This document shows positions 51,701 through 64,000 of a stretch of 64,000 bases of DNA, one piece after another. This DNA comes from Raillietiella orientalis. Its lineage: Eukaryota. Both the position numbers and the translations under genes were made by a program. The notes beneath the pieces were generated by a model, which made no database searches, was not told the DNA's origin, and was given only the letters and a program-made list of their open reading frames with translations. The stretch covers positions 868,001-932,000 of the forward strand of contig JAYWIR010000050.1 of the NCBI GenBank assembly GCA_036172245.1, given 5' to 3'. The stretch's first letter is position 1. The number at the start of each line of letters is the position of its first letter.

Positions 51701-52385
51701 TCTCTCTGCCTGTGATGGCTGCAAATGAAACACAGTGCATCCTGGGTGCTCCAGACGTCGTCTGCTGGAGGTCGGTCTTGGGGGTGGAACTCCGTTGCCA
51801 CAAGGAAGAAGGAGAAAGAGATGCCTCCCGTTGCGTAGTTTCCGGGCGTGGGAAGCGGTCACTAGAGTCACGCCGGATTACCGAGTGTCCCAGGAATGCT
51901 GGGCGCAATGCCTCCAGGAGACCGACATTGCTGCGGTTCGAACAGCTGGGTCGCCCTACTGGGATCGACAAGGGTGGTGAGCAGGGAAAAAGAGCTTCTT
52001 GTAGCTCTTTCCCACCGCGGAAAGCGCGCTTGACGTCTCGCGCGACGCCACGCCGTCGCGATGGCTGAGGCCGGTAGTTTCTTCCCGAGAGAGGAACCTC
52101 CGAGACTCCAGCCTCATCGACCATCCTGGTCTGATCATCGTGGCCTCTGTTTCCTGAGCAGGTCCAGAGCCTCGGGAGCCGAAAGAGGCTCCCTCCATAG
52201 GGTCGACGCGTGCGTCCCGAGTCTGCCGATGCGTTCGCTTTCCCGCCTGACTTCTACCGGATTCGCCGATTCCCGCAGGGAACGTTGCATGCTTGCTGCA
52301 GGGGGTCAGAGGGTCCTTAGCCCTCTCCTCCCCTTCCTTCCGGGCTCGTCCTGAAGCACGTGAGACTGTGTCGCATATGTTGCAG

Positions 52386-52623
52386 AGGATCATGGACGTT
52401 GCCGAGCAGGCGGCTCTCTCGCACACCTACGACCCCAGCATGTATGTGGACTACTACAACGCCAAGCTGCTCAACGAGTACGCCACGGAGGAGGAAGACT
52501 ACCCGGGAGAGCTGCGGGAGCGCCACAAGGAGCTCCTCCTCGTGCCCAACCGCCACTTCCACAACACCTCGGTCAACATGTCCGTAAGTGACATGCACAT
52601 CCCGACCAACGTCTACGACCAGA
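52386..52623 (+). CDS. alpha2-delta coding exon 4 (VWA_N region)
   Basis: gttgcag|AGG...CAG A|gtgagt; RIMDVAEQAAL...YYNAK...HFHNTSVNMSVSDMHIPTNVYDQ; phase 0 to 1. Confidence 0.95.
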
Positions 52624-53993
52624 GTGAGTAGGGAGGAGGGGAGTAGTCGACACGACCTTCGAGAGGTCGAGGCAAGAGGCCCGTCCGGGAAGCGCATTCC
52701 GCAGGGGCAGGAGGAGGTCGCGATCCCGAGGAAATCGCTTTTTCAGCTTCTCCGGAGCCAGGGTCGCGATCAGGAGGAAGCAATCTTGTGAGCCGTAGTC
52801 TCTCGTGTCCGAAGGACGAAGACAGTGACCGTAGGGAAGGAGAATCCAGTGGATAGGGCCATCCCGACCGGGAAGCTCCATGGAGATCGAAGTTCCTGAA
52901 AAAAGGATCTGCCTATCTGTCCCTATCCCGTTTCTCCCAACTTCGGGAACCAGGAGGAAGAGGGAGAAAGGAAACGCCCTCACCTTTTTGCGCCATCTCG
53001 GTTCAAAACAGCACACTAAGGCTTGAAGGGAAAAGTTCCTTTTAGATGGCGCGCCCTGCCTCTCCGCTGTCCGTACGCCGTCCTCGAGCTCCGAGCGGAA
53101 TCCGGGAGTCGTCTCTCCCCCTCCTCGCACGGACGGGTGCGAAGTGGCAGCAGGCAGAGCTACGGACCGAAGAGGAAGCAGACAGTCTGGCTGGCCCTAC
53201 CGGAACTGATCTTGCCTCCGCCGATGTTTCGGGAAGCTCTCTCTCTCCCCAGGGAGTGCGGTCCCTCGGAGGGCGGCAAGAATTCGCGAAGCTGTGCCTC
53301 GCTCTCTGCCCAAGGCGGGGCTGCAGCCTCCTTACTGCCGATCCGGTCAGCGCCCCGCTCACGTGACGGCGGCTTCGCGGACGCCCGGACACCCAGCGGC
53401 ACACCTGCGTCCCTGCGAGATTCGAAGGAAGGAGGGACGGGGGAGCTGCTGCTGCACCAGATGAAGGGGAAGGGGGAGGGAAGGACAACTGCTCCTGCGG
53501 ACGACAAAGAATGTGTGCGCACGATCCGCACTTTTCGGTCGGCCGGCGATCGCAGCGAACCTCTCCCGGAGCTCCGGGACGGGGAAGCTTCGGTGCCGAC
53601 TGCTCGGTGCCGGCTTGGCGCTCTCGAGACCGCGCCACAGGCACAAGGCAGGAGGGATCCTCATGCATCCCTCCCCTCCTGTTCATCCCTTCTCCCCGGA
53701 AATCTTGCTGGACCTCGGCACCTGCGGCGCTTTCCTCCGCTGGGCTCGCGCCTTGGGGTCCAACCTCGACCTCTAACCCAACCTAACCTACCCCTCGGCG
53801 CCACCCTTTCGCCACATAGTTCTCCTTCCCACGGTCGCTTCTTTCTCATGGCGCGCTTTCGAAGCAGCTTCCTGTGACTCCGACGACGGAATTTTGAAGC
53901 TCTCGAGGCAGGGGAGGAGGGGGGTTCGATCTTCTTCCCTCCCCTCTTTCCGTGCTGCTTCCTCGTCCTCACGCTCGCCTGCCTACTCCGCAG

Positions 53994-54125
53994 ATCCTGA
54001 GGTGCTGGACGCCATCCACTGGTCTTCCGTGCTGGACAACACGTTCCGGAGGAACTACAAAGACGACCCGTCGCTGTCGTGGCAGTTCTTCTGCAGCGCG
54101 GCGGGGTTCCTGAGGAACTACCCAG
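53994..54125 (+). CDS. alpha2-delta coding exon 5
   Basis: ctccgcag|AT CCT...CCA G|gtaagg; PEVLDAIHWSSVLDNTFRRNYKDDPSLSWQFFCSAAGFLRNYP; phase 1 to 1. Confidence 0.95.
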
Positions 54126-54314
54126 GTAAGGAGGAAGCCTTTCTATGTCTCTCCTCTTCCTCTTCCTGCCCCGGGGAGTCGTCGTTGGATGCCTTGCCGG
54201 AAACGTCACCACCGCGCTTCCCTCCCTCCCTTCCTCCTCCTTTCCTTCCTTCCTGGTGCGCGTCGGGAAGACGGGCGCCTCTCATCCGCCCTCCCCCCTC
54301 CCTGCTCTTTCCAG

Positions 54315-54580
54315 CGGTGAAGTGGAAGACCGACGAAGAGCACGCAGACCTCTACGACTGCCGGATGAGGAACTGGTACATCCAGGCGTCGGCGAGCCCC
54401 AAGGACATCGTCGTCCTACTGGACGTGTCCGGGTCGATGACCGGGCAGCGCAACGAGATCGCCAAGTACGTCATCTACAACATCCTGGATACCCTGAACG
54501 AGAACGACTTCATCAACGTGTTGACGTTCAACGAGGAGGCCCGGGACATCGTACCCTGCTTCGAAGGGCAGCTGGTCCAG
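54315..54580 (+). CDS. alpha2-delta coding exon 6 (start of the VWA domain, MIDAS DxSxS)
   Basis: ctttccag|CG GTG...CAG|gtaagt; DLYDCRMRNWYIQASASPKDIVVLLDVSGSMTG...ILDTLNENDFINV...VPCF..QLVQ; phase 1 to 0. Confidence 0.97.
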
Positions 54581-56035
54581 GTAAGTGCGCCGAGGACCGC
54601 GTCTCCCAGGCAGGAGGGAAGGGGCGGCAGCGTGGCACGCGGCCGGCCGCCGGCGCAAATCCCTTCGGGCTCGTCTGAGAGTCCCGGGGGTGGGGATGGG
54701 GAACAGAAAGGCGGATCGAGAGAGACCCCACCCCCCTCGCCTCCGCCACAGCCCGCTGCCTCGCGGTGGCGATTACAGGGAGGATAGCAAGCCGCCTCTT
54801 CCCGTCCAGGAATCCAACAGGGAGCTCCTTCTATCCAGAGCCGAGGAAGGGTGCGCACTCAGGGACGTCCGGGAAGGACTGGGGGGAGGAAAGGAGACGG
54901 AGCACAGAGAGAAAGGCAACGAGGGGGACAGCTTCTGTACGGCTGCCCCTTCGCCGCGGCCTCAGCTCCTCACCGCCGTCCTTCTCGCTGTCGCTTCTTT
55001 CGCGCGGCGAACATCCTCCGGTAGCCTCGGCGACCAGAAAGGTGAAACTCCCGAGGGAGGGGATCTTCACTCCTCGAGGAATTTTCCTCTACGTGGCTCC
55101 TCTGCCACGCGTGATCCGGGCCTGCGCTTGCCAAACCGAGCGGAGGAGGAGGGGGAGTGAACCGTCACGATGTTACTGCAGGGAGCGCCCTGCTCTTCGT
55201 CTCTTCGTGCTGCTGATGCTCCTCCGTCTCCCTCTCGGATCTGCGAACCGTCTTCCAGATGTTTCCTCTTTGAGCAGGGATCGCGCGGATCACCGCTTCC
55301 CGGAGCCGCCGCTCCTGGGGATCCGGGCCGGAGCTACAGGACGAGACTCCTCGGCGGCTCCAGAGGCTGCCAACCAACCGCGGGACCACGCTGCACACTT
55401 CGGAAAAGGGGAGGGGAAGTAACGGCTATGCCTTTCCAGCTCCGCAGGACGGTGCCGATCTTTGGATGGGAAATTTCACAGGAAACCCGCAAAAAGCGGG
55501 AGCTGTGGCACGCTCTTCTCAGGACGTTCCTCCGATCTGCTTCCGGAGCCGTTCTGGAGCGATTTCCAGAGAAAGAGAGCGCAGGGGCGCCCGCTCGCGG
55601 GAGAAAGAAACTGCAGGGGAGTTGCGAAAGAATAAAGTAGGGCTTCTCCGGAGATGAGGCCGAAGAGTTGGATAGTAGCGAAGAAAGGGGGGGGGGAGAG
55701 TAGCGAAGGCCAAACCACTCGGATGAAAGCATCCAGCTCGGGATTGGCTGCCCACGAGAGATCATGAAGCTCTGCGGAAGAGAGAATCCCTCCTACTCCA
55801 ATTAGGAGATCAAAGGGTCCCATCAGGGCGCGAGAAAAATGGCAGAGTCAGGAATGGCTCACACTGGTACTGGGAGATTCCGGGGACGTGGGTGATTTTT
55901 CACAGAACCCGACCGCACCTTTGCTTAGCGCTTCAGAATTTGGACGCGGCTCTCCCCCCTCAAAACAAACGGTGCGTCCTCGTCGAAATTACGTGTTCAG
56001 AAGCACTCGAGTCGCAGATTGGAGTTCGGTAAAAA

Positions 56036-56305
56036 GCAAAAAGAGCCGCCGCAACAATGCACGGCGAGTGGCGGAGCTCCGCAGCTGGCTGCTATAATTA
56101 ACCTGACCGGACGGTTGCTTGGTTACTTCAGAGGAAAAGAAGCAAAAAGAGCCGCCGCAACAATGCACGGCGAGTGGCGGAGCTCCGCAGCTGGCTGCTA
56201 TAATTAACCTGACCGGACGGTTGCTTGGTTACTTCAGAGGAAAAGAAGCAAAAAGAGCCGCCGCAACAATGCACGGCGAGTGGCGGAGCTCCGCAGCTGG
56301 CTGCT
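56036..56305. repeat. 106-bp tandem repeat, ~2.5 near-identical units
   Basis: gagccgccgcaacaatgcacggcg starts at 56043, 56149 and 56255. Confidence 0.95.
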
Positions 56306-57756
56306 TTAATGGCCCTACCGGCCGACTGCTTCGATCCCATACACTTTATTGCTCGGTTTGCTCGTCTGCCAAAGCTGTAATTAGCAGCTCGTGAATGGCG
56401 AGGAAAAGAGAAGCCCCACGAGGATTCTTCCACCACCCCTGCCTCGCACAGCGGTCTCACACGCTTCTGCTGAATTGGAGAAAGGAAGGGGAAAAAACAA
56501 AATTGAAAAAGCTACTCTCGGAGATGCACCTTTTTAGAGTAACTTTCGCCTTCGCCAAACGCAGCCATCGGGAATCGGGTGGTGGTGCCGGTGCTCGATG
56601 TTCAGGACATCCTGGACAGTCCTTCCTTCTCGCGAGGATAGGCGCGGTGACCCGGGTGGTGAAGACGCCGCCGCAGTATGTCTGCGAAAGCGGGAAGCCT
56701 GCATTTGGTTGCCATGACTTCCTTGGCTTGCCGTGAGCAGAAAATTTTCAACCTGCCATCAGGAGAAACACCGGGAGGAGTGAATGAGAGGGAGAGAGGG
56801 AGAGGAAGGGAGCAGGGGGGGTGAAGCGGTTGCATCCACATAGCAGCGTGCGTTCTCACCCGCCACGTGACCGATTTTCTCCCCACGACTCTTCGCAGCG
56901 TTGTCGATTTCCTTTTTTTTTGCAGGCGAGCAAAGTGCACGCAGCACGTGCGAGAGGGAAGGCCTGTCGTACTTTTCGAAGCCCGCCTCCGCGCAGAGTA
57001 TTTGAGCGGAAGGCAAGAAAATACTGGAAGAGAGACACTTGAGGAGCGAGAAGACTCGTAGACGCAAGGCCAGGATGCTCCTCTCCCCTCCTCCTTGAGC
57101 GCATTCACTGTGGGAAAGGAGCTCCGGAGAGGACGTGAGGGGCAACGCCGCCACTGCAGCCCTCCACGGGAGTAGCCTCAGGGGACCGTGTCCGCTGAGC
57201 AGACGGCCAAATTTCCCCCATCGGGAATGCTCCCAGATTCTCCAAGAGGGAGCTTCTGGGAACCGGGCATGCTGCCCTTCCTCTCGTCGGAGAGCTCCCT
57301 GCCCGGTTGCCTGCCTAGCCATGCGAGTGGATAGCCGCAATCCGGGAGACTCCCGGATTGCGGAACGCCGGGTATCTCCCGGCATCCCTCCTTCTCGAAC
57401 TCTCTGGAACCGCGGGAAACGTGCGTCGCGAATCTAGGGCATGAGGGGCCGCGGACGCGCACAGTCCCCCGGTCACTGCCCGGAAGAGCGCACGCGCATG
57501 AGTCAGGAAGGGAAGGAAGAGGAGGAGGGCCGACCTCTGCTCGTGACGCCGTCGCAAGACTCGTGGAGGCCTGCCTGTCCGCCGCTCGGCTGCCTCCGGG
57601 CGAGCAGGTCTCTTCGGGAAGCACCACCCTTCATGTCCGTTCCTGGAAGGCGATGCCGAAGAGCTGGGAGGCGCCGCGCACACTCCCCCCCTTTTCAGCG
57701 CCGTGCCTCTTCGGCTCAGCGGGGCAGCAGTGATCTCACCGGCTTCCTTGTTGCAG

Positions 57757-57867
57757 GCCAACCTGGAAAACATCCGGGTGCTGAAGTCGAAGATGAAGGA
57801 CGTGCACACCAAGAACATCGCCAACTTCACCGACGCGCTCATCAAGGCCTTCGAGATCCTGACGAAA
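57757..57867 (+). CDS. alpha2-delta coding exon 7 (VWA); gene continues beyond the window
   Basis: ttgttgcag|GCC...AAA|gtaagt; ANLENIRVLKSKMKDVHTKNIANFTDALIKAFEILTK; phase 0 to 0. Confidence 0.95.
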
Positions 57868-59959
57868 GTAAGTAGGGCAACATCTCCCCGGGAAGGGAAG
57901 GGGTCAGAGCGCCGCGAGCACATCTGGCGGGAAGGATGCCTTGAGCGCTTCTCCTACTCCCTCGGAGAACCCGGGAGGAGGAGTGGCGGTCCCCCGGGGG
58001 GAGCAAAAGCTGCTCTCGGTAAAGGGCAGGGAAGAAACTTTCGAGGTCCTCACCATCCCTTCCAGAGACCCCGCGAGAGCCCCCTTTTCCCCGTAAGAAG
58101 GCCATTCCCTGCTCCCGTCGCGGCTCTCCGGAGCGTCGCTTTCCTGCTCGGCCGCCGAGGCATGCCTGGAGCATTTGGGCTGCGGCGCATTCCCGTCCCC
58201 ACTCTCAGGATCCGACGCCCGAGTGCTCCGGTTCCGCTCTTATCCCTTCCACCGTCACCTTTATGTCTCTCCCCTGCCGTGACGGCTTTTTCCGCGTTGG
58301 TTGCAGTCCATCGGCATGGGGACGGTAACCACCGCCTCCCGGCTCCTGCCGTTTCGCCGTCGACGTGCCCCACAGTGTGCTCGTTACAAGCAGAGGTCGA
58401 ACGAAGGGTCACGCCGGGGACTGGGTGGTGCGTGGGGATTTCCTCTTCTTCTGCGCTGGGCATCTCCTCGAGTCGGGGAGAGGGGGGCGTGCTGCCTCCC
58501 TCCGCCGCGTGGTGATCCACGCGACTGCGGCTCGGGCGATGCCCAGCGGCCCGGCGGTCGGGAAAAGCGTCCCACCTCGGAAGCCGCCAAGCAGAGGTGG
58601 GGCCCTCCCGGCGGAGTGGCAAGGAGGCTGCTGACGCTTACCATCCGCCACCGCAGAGGGACTCGCACAGTCACTGCATATAGGTCGGGAGGTCGAGAGT
58701 GGGAGCGCGTGTCCCCTCATTCGGTGGTACCGGTGCGCCGAGCCGTTCAGGAAAGTGGTGGGCATCACCACCTCATCCAGGGGGTTACCGAGGTTTTTTG
58801 CCCACCAGCTCAGTCCTTGGGCGCACACGCTTGACCGTCGTGGCGCCCGAAGTCCCTTGGGCCGACCAGGCGCTCATCGGTTTGGGCGGCAGGGAGATGG
58901 GTCGGCTGCTGCCACCACGCTCCCATAGTAAAGGATGCTCTGCAGCTAAGGTGGAGGTGGTGCCGCCTCGTGCCCACTCCCCCTTCCGGTCCCATCGTAG
59001 CTTCTGCGAAGACGCTGTCGCAGCCTCCCGTCGCTAGACACTTCAGCTCAACGGCAAGCAGGGGATCCACATGCGCCTTAGCAGCAGGGAGGTCAACTTG
59101 AGAGGGTCTCGCGGATAGGAGAGAAGGGGGGGAGGGCAGCAGGTGGCGAGATCCGGATCGGAAGAGTGACCTCGACCTTTTCCTCCGAGGCTTCGAAATC
59201 GCCTGGCTGCCGATCAGGAGCAGAGAGGAAGCTGCAAGGCGACCTACCCTGATCTGTGGACCGGCGTGCATACCACATGCCGGGTGCTACGCAAGCGGAG
59301 ACCTCCCGAGTTCCGAGGTCACCGAGCGTGATCGTGTAGAGGCTGTCCGACGAGAAGGGGGAACAAGAGGACAAGGAGAAGAAGGGAGGAAGAAGGAGGG
59401 AGGAGGAGGAAGGGAAATTCCTCCCTAGGCGCCGACATCCCTGACCATCGCGGATGCCACGTTTAAGGCACTCTTTCTTCCACTTACCCTTCGACCCTTA
59501 AGTTCCTGAGGTCATCCCATCATGGAGGCGTTCGAGGCACCCCTGTGTTAAAGGACTGGTGGCCGGGGCAGCGGACGTTCGACTTTGGATCAGAGGAACA
59601 GCATCTCGGCAGTAGCAAAGGGGGAGGAAGGAGTGGGGTGGTGGAGGAGACGCTGGGGTGGAACCGCAAATGCGCTTCTCCTTGAGCACCCGAAATGCGC
59701 TCGAATCGGCGGGAGGGGCAGATGGGCGGGACCCCCGAAACGGGGCCGCGCCAGAGCGAACGGATTCTCGCAAGCAGGAGACGCCCTTCGGACGGAATCC
59801 GGGTGCCTGGGGATGGGGGAGGACTCGGTCCCTCATGGCCACAGAGCGCGGCCCAGGCGAGCGTCCCGCTCTGCTGCCGAGGTTGGGGTCCCGCTTGGGG
59901 GCAGGGGCCTCTGAGACGGCTTGCGGGATCGCGGCTGGACTTCGGGCTGCTCCGAACAC

Positions 59960-60750
59960 GCGAAGGGCCTTTCCCTTGGAAATCGCGAACGACCCGACAA
60001 GGAAAACGCACACATCATGGTGTACATCGTCGGGTACATTCATATATGGATTAATGTACAAATTTGTGATTACATACATATTTATTAACATACGTTAAGA
60101 AATATGTAATCAACACAATTAATAGCATTGCATCATTTATATAATCACGAGATGTATTAATACGTATATCAACGATTATAAAAATAAACATGTATGTTTG
60201 TGATACGCTGTTTATGTGTTTATTATATGTACATATCAAATGAAGACATCTTAATAATATATATTCGTATTAATAATATGCATACACAAATGTTAATACA
60301 TATATTATTAATTTATATGTAAAATGTACATCAATATACATAATAAACGTTCCTATTTATTTTTTACAAGCTTTATGAAATAGTATACAAATATATATAT
60401 TGATATATGTACAGTAAATATATTATTATTTATATTAGTAGCATGGATTTTAATAAATATTAATAAGTATGCATGTCAAAATAAAATTTATATTAACCTG
60501 TATAGAAATATATAGCTTAGCTATAAGCATGTATGCTTGTTTTTCATGATCTTCACAATGTACATTAATCTATGTACAAATACACAATTAATGTATATGA
60601 AAATGTATAGATTATTTGTATCGATAACCAGCATTAATAAATATGTATGGCAGAGTAAAATCGTACATTAATCCATATGTAAATATGTTTTCAAGCCCAT
60701 GCATTTATTTTTATGATCTTTCGAGATTTCGGCGCTCAGGACTTCGAAGG
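59960..60750. repeat. Second AT-rich island with ends related to 19600-20845
   Basis: Right end tttttatgatctttcgagatttcg vs tttttatgacctttcgggatttcg at ~20797-20820; left gaaatcgcgaacga is a weak inverted match. Confidence 0.55.
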
Positions 60751-63074
60751 GCTGAGAAAGGGGGGGGCGCGCGTCCGGTCGGCGTTGCTTGGTTACCGCC
60801 TCCGCCACCGTGTTTTGTCCCTTCGCGGACGCGCAGACAGCGCGCGTGCGACGTCTGCGGTCTCTCGGGCACCGTCTCCCGGACGACGAAGACGCGGGCT
60901 GACCGCTCCGGCTGCGGGCTCGTGGGTGGCCACCAGTAGAGGGGGAATCAGGATGGTTCCCGCCTGCCGAGCTGGAAACCCGGAAGCGCTTAACCTGGGA
61001 GGGAGGGGGGAAGAACAGATCCGTCGCCGAGGACGGGAGCGCGCGGGGCACCCGAGAGCTTGGCGTGCAGGAAGGGCGCTGAAGGAGGAAGCGGAAACGT
61101 CACGGGGGATCTAAAAATAGCCGAGGGGGGAAGCTGCTTCCCCGCTCGCAGTCGGATTCGCTGGGGCAGGAAGGGCGCGGCGTCGGGCCGTGTGCTCCCT
61201 ACCTCCGAGGGCGCCGCTGCGGGCCGGAGCCCGTCTAATCGCAAGCGGGAGCGAACGTAGAGGAGAGCAGGGAGACGAACCGGGAAAGTCCGGGACGCCT
61301 CTGCAAATCGAATGCCCCGCCGGGAAGGAGTCCAAGGGAGGACGCGTGTGGAAGATGAGGGGGGGGGAGTCGGAACGATCCGATGAGCGGATCCGGGAAG
61401 AGGGGTCGAGCGGCCTCTGCTGCGCACGTTCTTGGGGTTGCGTTGCTCGTAGGGGTGCGGGAGGGTCCAGGAAGCGGAAGGAGAGATGCGGGAACGACCG
61501 TCGGCAGCGCACCCCGCCATTATCCGAACAGCATCCGGCGCGCAGCATCTCCCGTGGATCAAAGAAAGGAAAGAGAGGCGCAGTCGATCCCGGGTGAACA
61601 CCCGGGATGACGAGAACGCCACGGGTGGTTCCTGCGAGGCGCCGCTCCAGCTAGGCAGCCAGGGGGTCTCCCTCCCCCCTGCCCTGCCGGCCGGCCCCTG
61701 CAAGGAGGACGGCGCTGCGGTCAGTGCAGTGCCAGTGCCACCACGCTACCACTTCCCAAAGTCCAGCTGCAATGCCCGCAAGGAGCCAACGGCGATGACG
61801 CGGACGAGGCGCGTGCAGGTGCGGAGGTCACGGACCGACCCTAGGATCTCTGCGCACCGCCCGGTGCGCGGACGGAGACGCGTCCAGCGGCTGGCCAACG
61901 CCCAGTATGCAGCGGCTCTTCCTCGTCCGGCAGCTGTAGAGATCCGCGAGCTTTTCGTCGTTCTTTCTCTCGATCTCTGGGGCAAGAGTGAGGACGAGAG
62001 GCGCTGGAGGAAGGGATCGCTCCCTGCCCGCCCGCGATTCGGCCCTCCCAGCTTCCGGGACGAATAGGCGGCTCCAGGGAGAAGGGGAGGCGGCGCAGGC
62101 CGGAGAGCGTCTCCGCTTCTCGTGCGCTTCGGTTCCCCCACCGGAGGGGGATGCAGAGACATCAATCGATCCTCCTGTCCGGAGAGGACCCCTTCTCTCC
62201 GCTTCGCGTCCCTCCCACAAGTAGCGCAGCTATCCAGCTCTCCCCGTCTGGGGAAGGGAGACGCCGAAGGGAAGCGAGGAAGAAGGGAGGAAGAGGAGGC
62301 GTTCTCACCGACTGCGTGGGCGGTTCGAGTGTCCGGCAGCTGCAAACCTCACGCAAGGCCTCTCAGCGTCGAGTCAAGCGAGACGCCAGGCGTCCAGGAG
62401 GTCGGTTCCGGATGGGCTGACGGTGGTCCCCGACGGTCAGGAGCTTCCGCTCCAGCGGCGGACCTGTGGCGGCACCCTTCCAGCGCCGCGTCCTTCGTTC
62501 CCAGACGACAGCCTGCTCCTCGAAACGCGCGTTCCTTCTTGCCGCCTCTTCGCCCCGCTTCTGCTCCTCTGCGGATGGTCCTTGGAGCTACGGACCCCCT
62601 GCAGCCGGGCTGGGGGATCTCTGCTGCGGCGGCCTCCGGCTAGAGAGACTTCCCGGAACCCGGAAGCGCGCAATTGCTCTCTCCCCGACGCGAGGGCGTG
62701 CGCCTCCGCGGGTCGTCGAGGCAACTCAAGGCGTGCTGGAGACCCCGCGCCCGGAGCCGCAGCGCGACTGCAACCCTACTCTTCCGCTGTGTTTTGGTGC
62801 TCTTGGAAGCACTCCCCGGGCGGGCGCACGGTGGTGGTGGTTTGCTTCAGTCTCCCCGGCTTCCGTGAGTAGGGAAGAGTCCCTAGAATTGCGTACTGCG
62901 GCCGCGTCGATCGCTTCCCGCTGCAGCCAACTCCTCCCGAGAACGCCTGGGGCCTCTGGCGGACACACAGGACGGACTCGAGGATCCCACCGGCTCCCGT
63001 CGGCCGCAGGGATGCACTTTCTCAATGGGTGCGGCAAAGTGGGGAGAGTTGTCAACCAACCGGTCACGTCGGGG

Positions 63075-63960
63075 TGTTTATTTCTAAAAAAACAAACGCC
63101 TGTGGCAGGACGTTTGATCCTGCCACGTTGTTCATAACTACGAGGAGGAACCTGCCGCGAACCGGCACTCAGGCCAGCGGGGTTCGCCTCGGCAGCACGG
63201 GGGAAGGGGAGACAAACAAAAAGAAAAAAATAAAACAAAAAACAGTCAAAAAAGGTGAGAAAGGGTTCGGGAAGGGGTCATCAGGTGCTGGTGGGCGTTC
63301 TCCGCACCTTTGTAAGGATACCGGCAAGTTCCTGTTCTATGGTTCCCAGATGGGGCCATCTTGATGCGCCATCCTCATGAAGAAGACAAAATAGATGGTG
63401 TCCCTGTCGTTCTGTCCTCCTCTGGCGTTGCTGCTCCATGAAGCCAAGGTCGCGCTGCGTGGGCTGCAAAATACTGCTAGGGATGCGGCCGGCACGAGGG
63501 CGTCGCGCAGGAAGAGACGCTTCAGAACGTCTCTGGCGTGTCTGCCGAGGGTTCCGAGGTCGCGGGAAAGCGTCCCCGAAGGGGCTGGAGGGAATACAGT
63601 CCACTAAGAGGTGCGGGAAGGATTCCTGCGCCCCGTACCCTGCACAGTTTGGGTCCATCCCTTCCTCCCGTGTCCAGTGATGCCGGCGAGCGTTGCACGG
63701 GAGGCCCCAGTGCAGCAGCATCAACGCAGACTCCTGCCACTTTATTGGGGGAGGGAGATTCCTGGACGCCGGGGGCCACTGCAGGTCTTCCTCCGGAATA
63801 CCCAGTAGTACGCCCCAGCGTAAAAGTCCACGAGGTCGAGCAAATCGGGTTCTCAGCGTCAGTGAGCTGGTCCGTCGGGAGTAGGGAGGGTTGGAAGATT
63901 TCAAGGAACCCGGACGGACCCTGGATGATTCGCCGCTGCTCCCGGCTGCCGAAGACTCGG
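63075..63960 (-). mobile_element. L1/Tx1-like LINE 3' fragment, best-preserved copy
   Basis: Minus KWQESALMLLHWGLPCNARRHHWTREEGMDPNCAGYGAQESFPHLLVDC; 3' hairpins and AATAAA. Confidence 0.82.
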
Positions 63961-64000
63961 AGACCACACCTCCGCGTGTCGTCGAGGCAACGCAACGCGT

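Noticed and set aside
56036..56305. CRISPR-like array
   Set aside because: Whole 106-bp units repeat with no unique spacers; eukaryotic intron; no cas genes
63100..63200. HDV-like ribozyme (TCCTCGT resembles L3) in the LINE 3' UTR
   Set aside because: Could not build P1/P2/P3 pairings, the motif is not kept in other copies, and such ribozymes normally lie at 5' ends

Overview
Eukaryotic (invertebrate, probably arthropod) genomic DNA with spliceosomal introns, GC-rich repeat-laden sequence and sharp AT-rich islands; most entries in the six-frame ORF track are GC-rich shadow ORFs. Three host genes are supported. (1) The last coding exon of a Sushi/CCP-domain gene resembling hikaru genki (+, 86-300). 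(2) An unannotated minus-strand secreted-type gene (~22745-23785) whose helix/loop pattern resembles a four-helix Unpaired/IL-6/leptin-class cytokine; this is the most interesting candidate in the window. (3) The first seven coding exons of a voltage-gated Ca2+ channel alpha2-delta subunit (+, 38304-57867, continuing beyond the window), assembled by hand with consistent splice phases. Repeats include many degenerate L1/Tx1-like LINE fragments (a head-to-tail array at 12.3-19 kb), two copies of a palindromic mariner-derived foldback element, a 1.4-kb near-identical inverted duplication 36 kb apart, a TIR-bounded MITE, two AT-rich islands with related ends, an H2B pseudogene fragment and several tandem repeats. 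All calls are by eye; no database searches were run.
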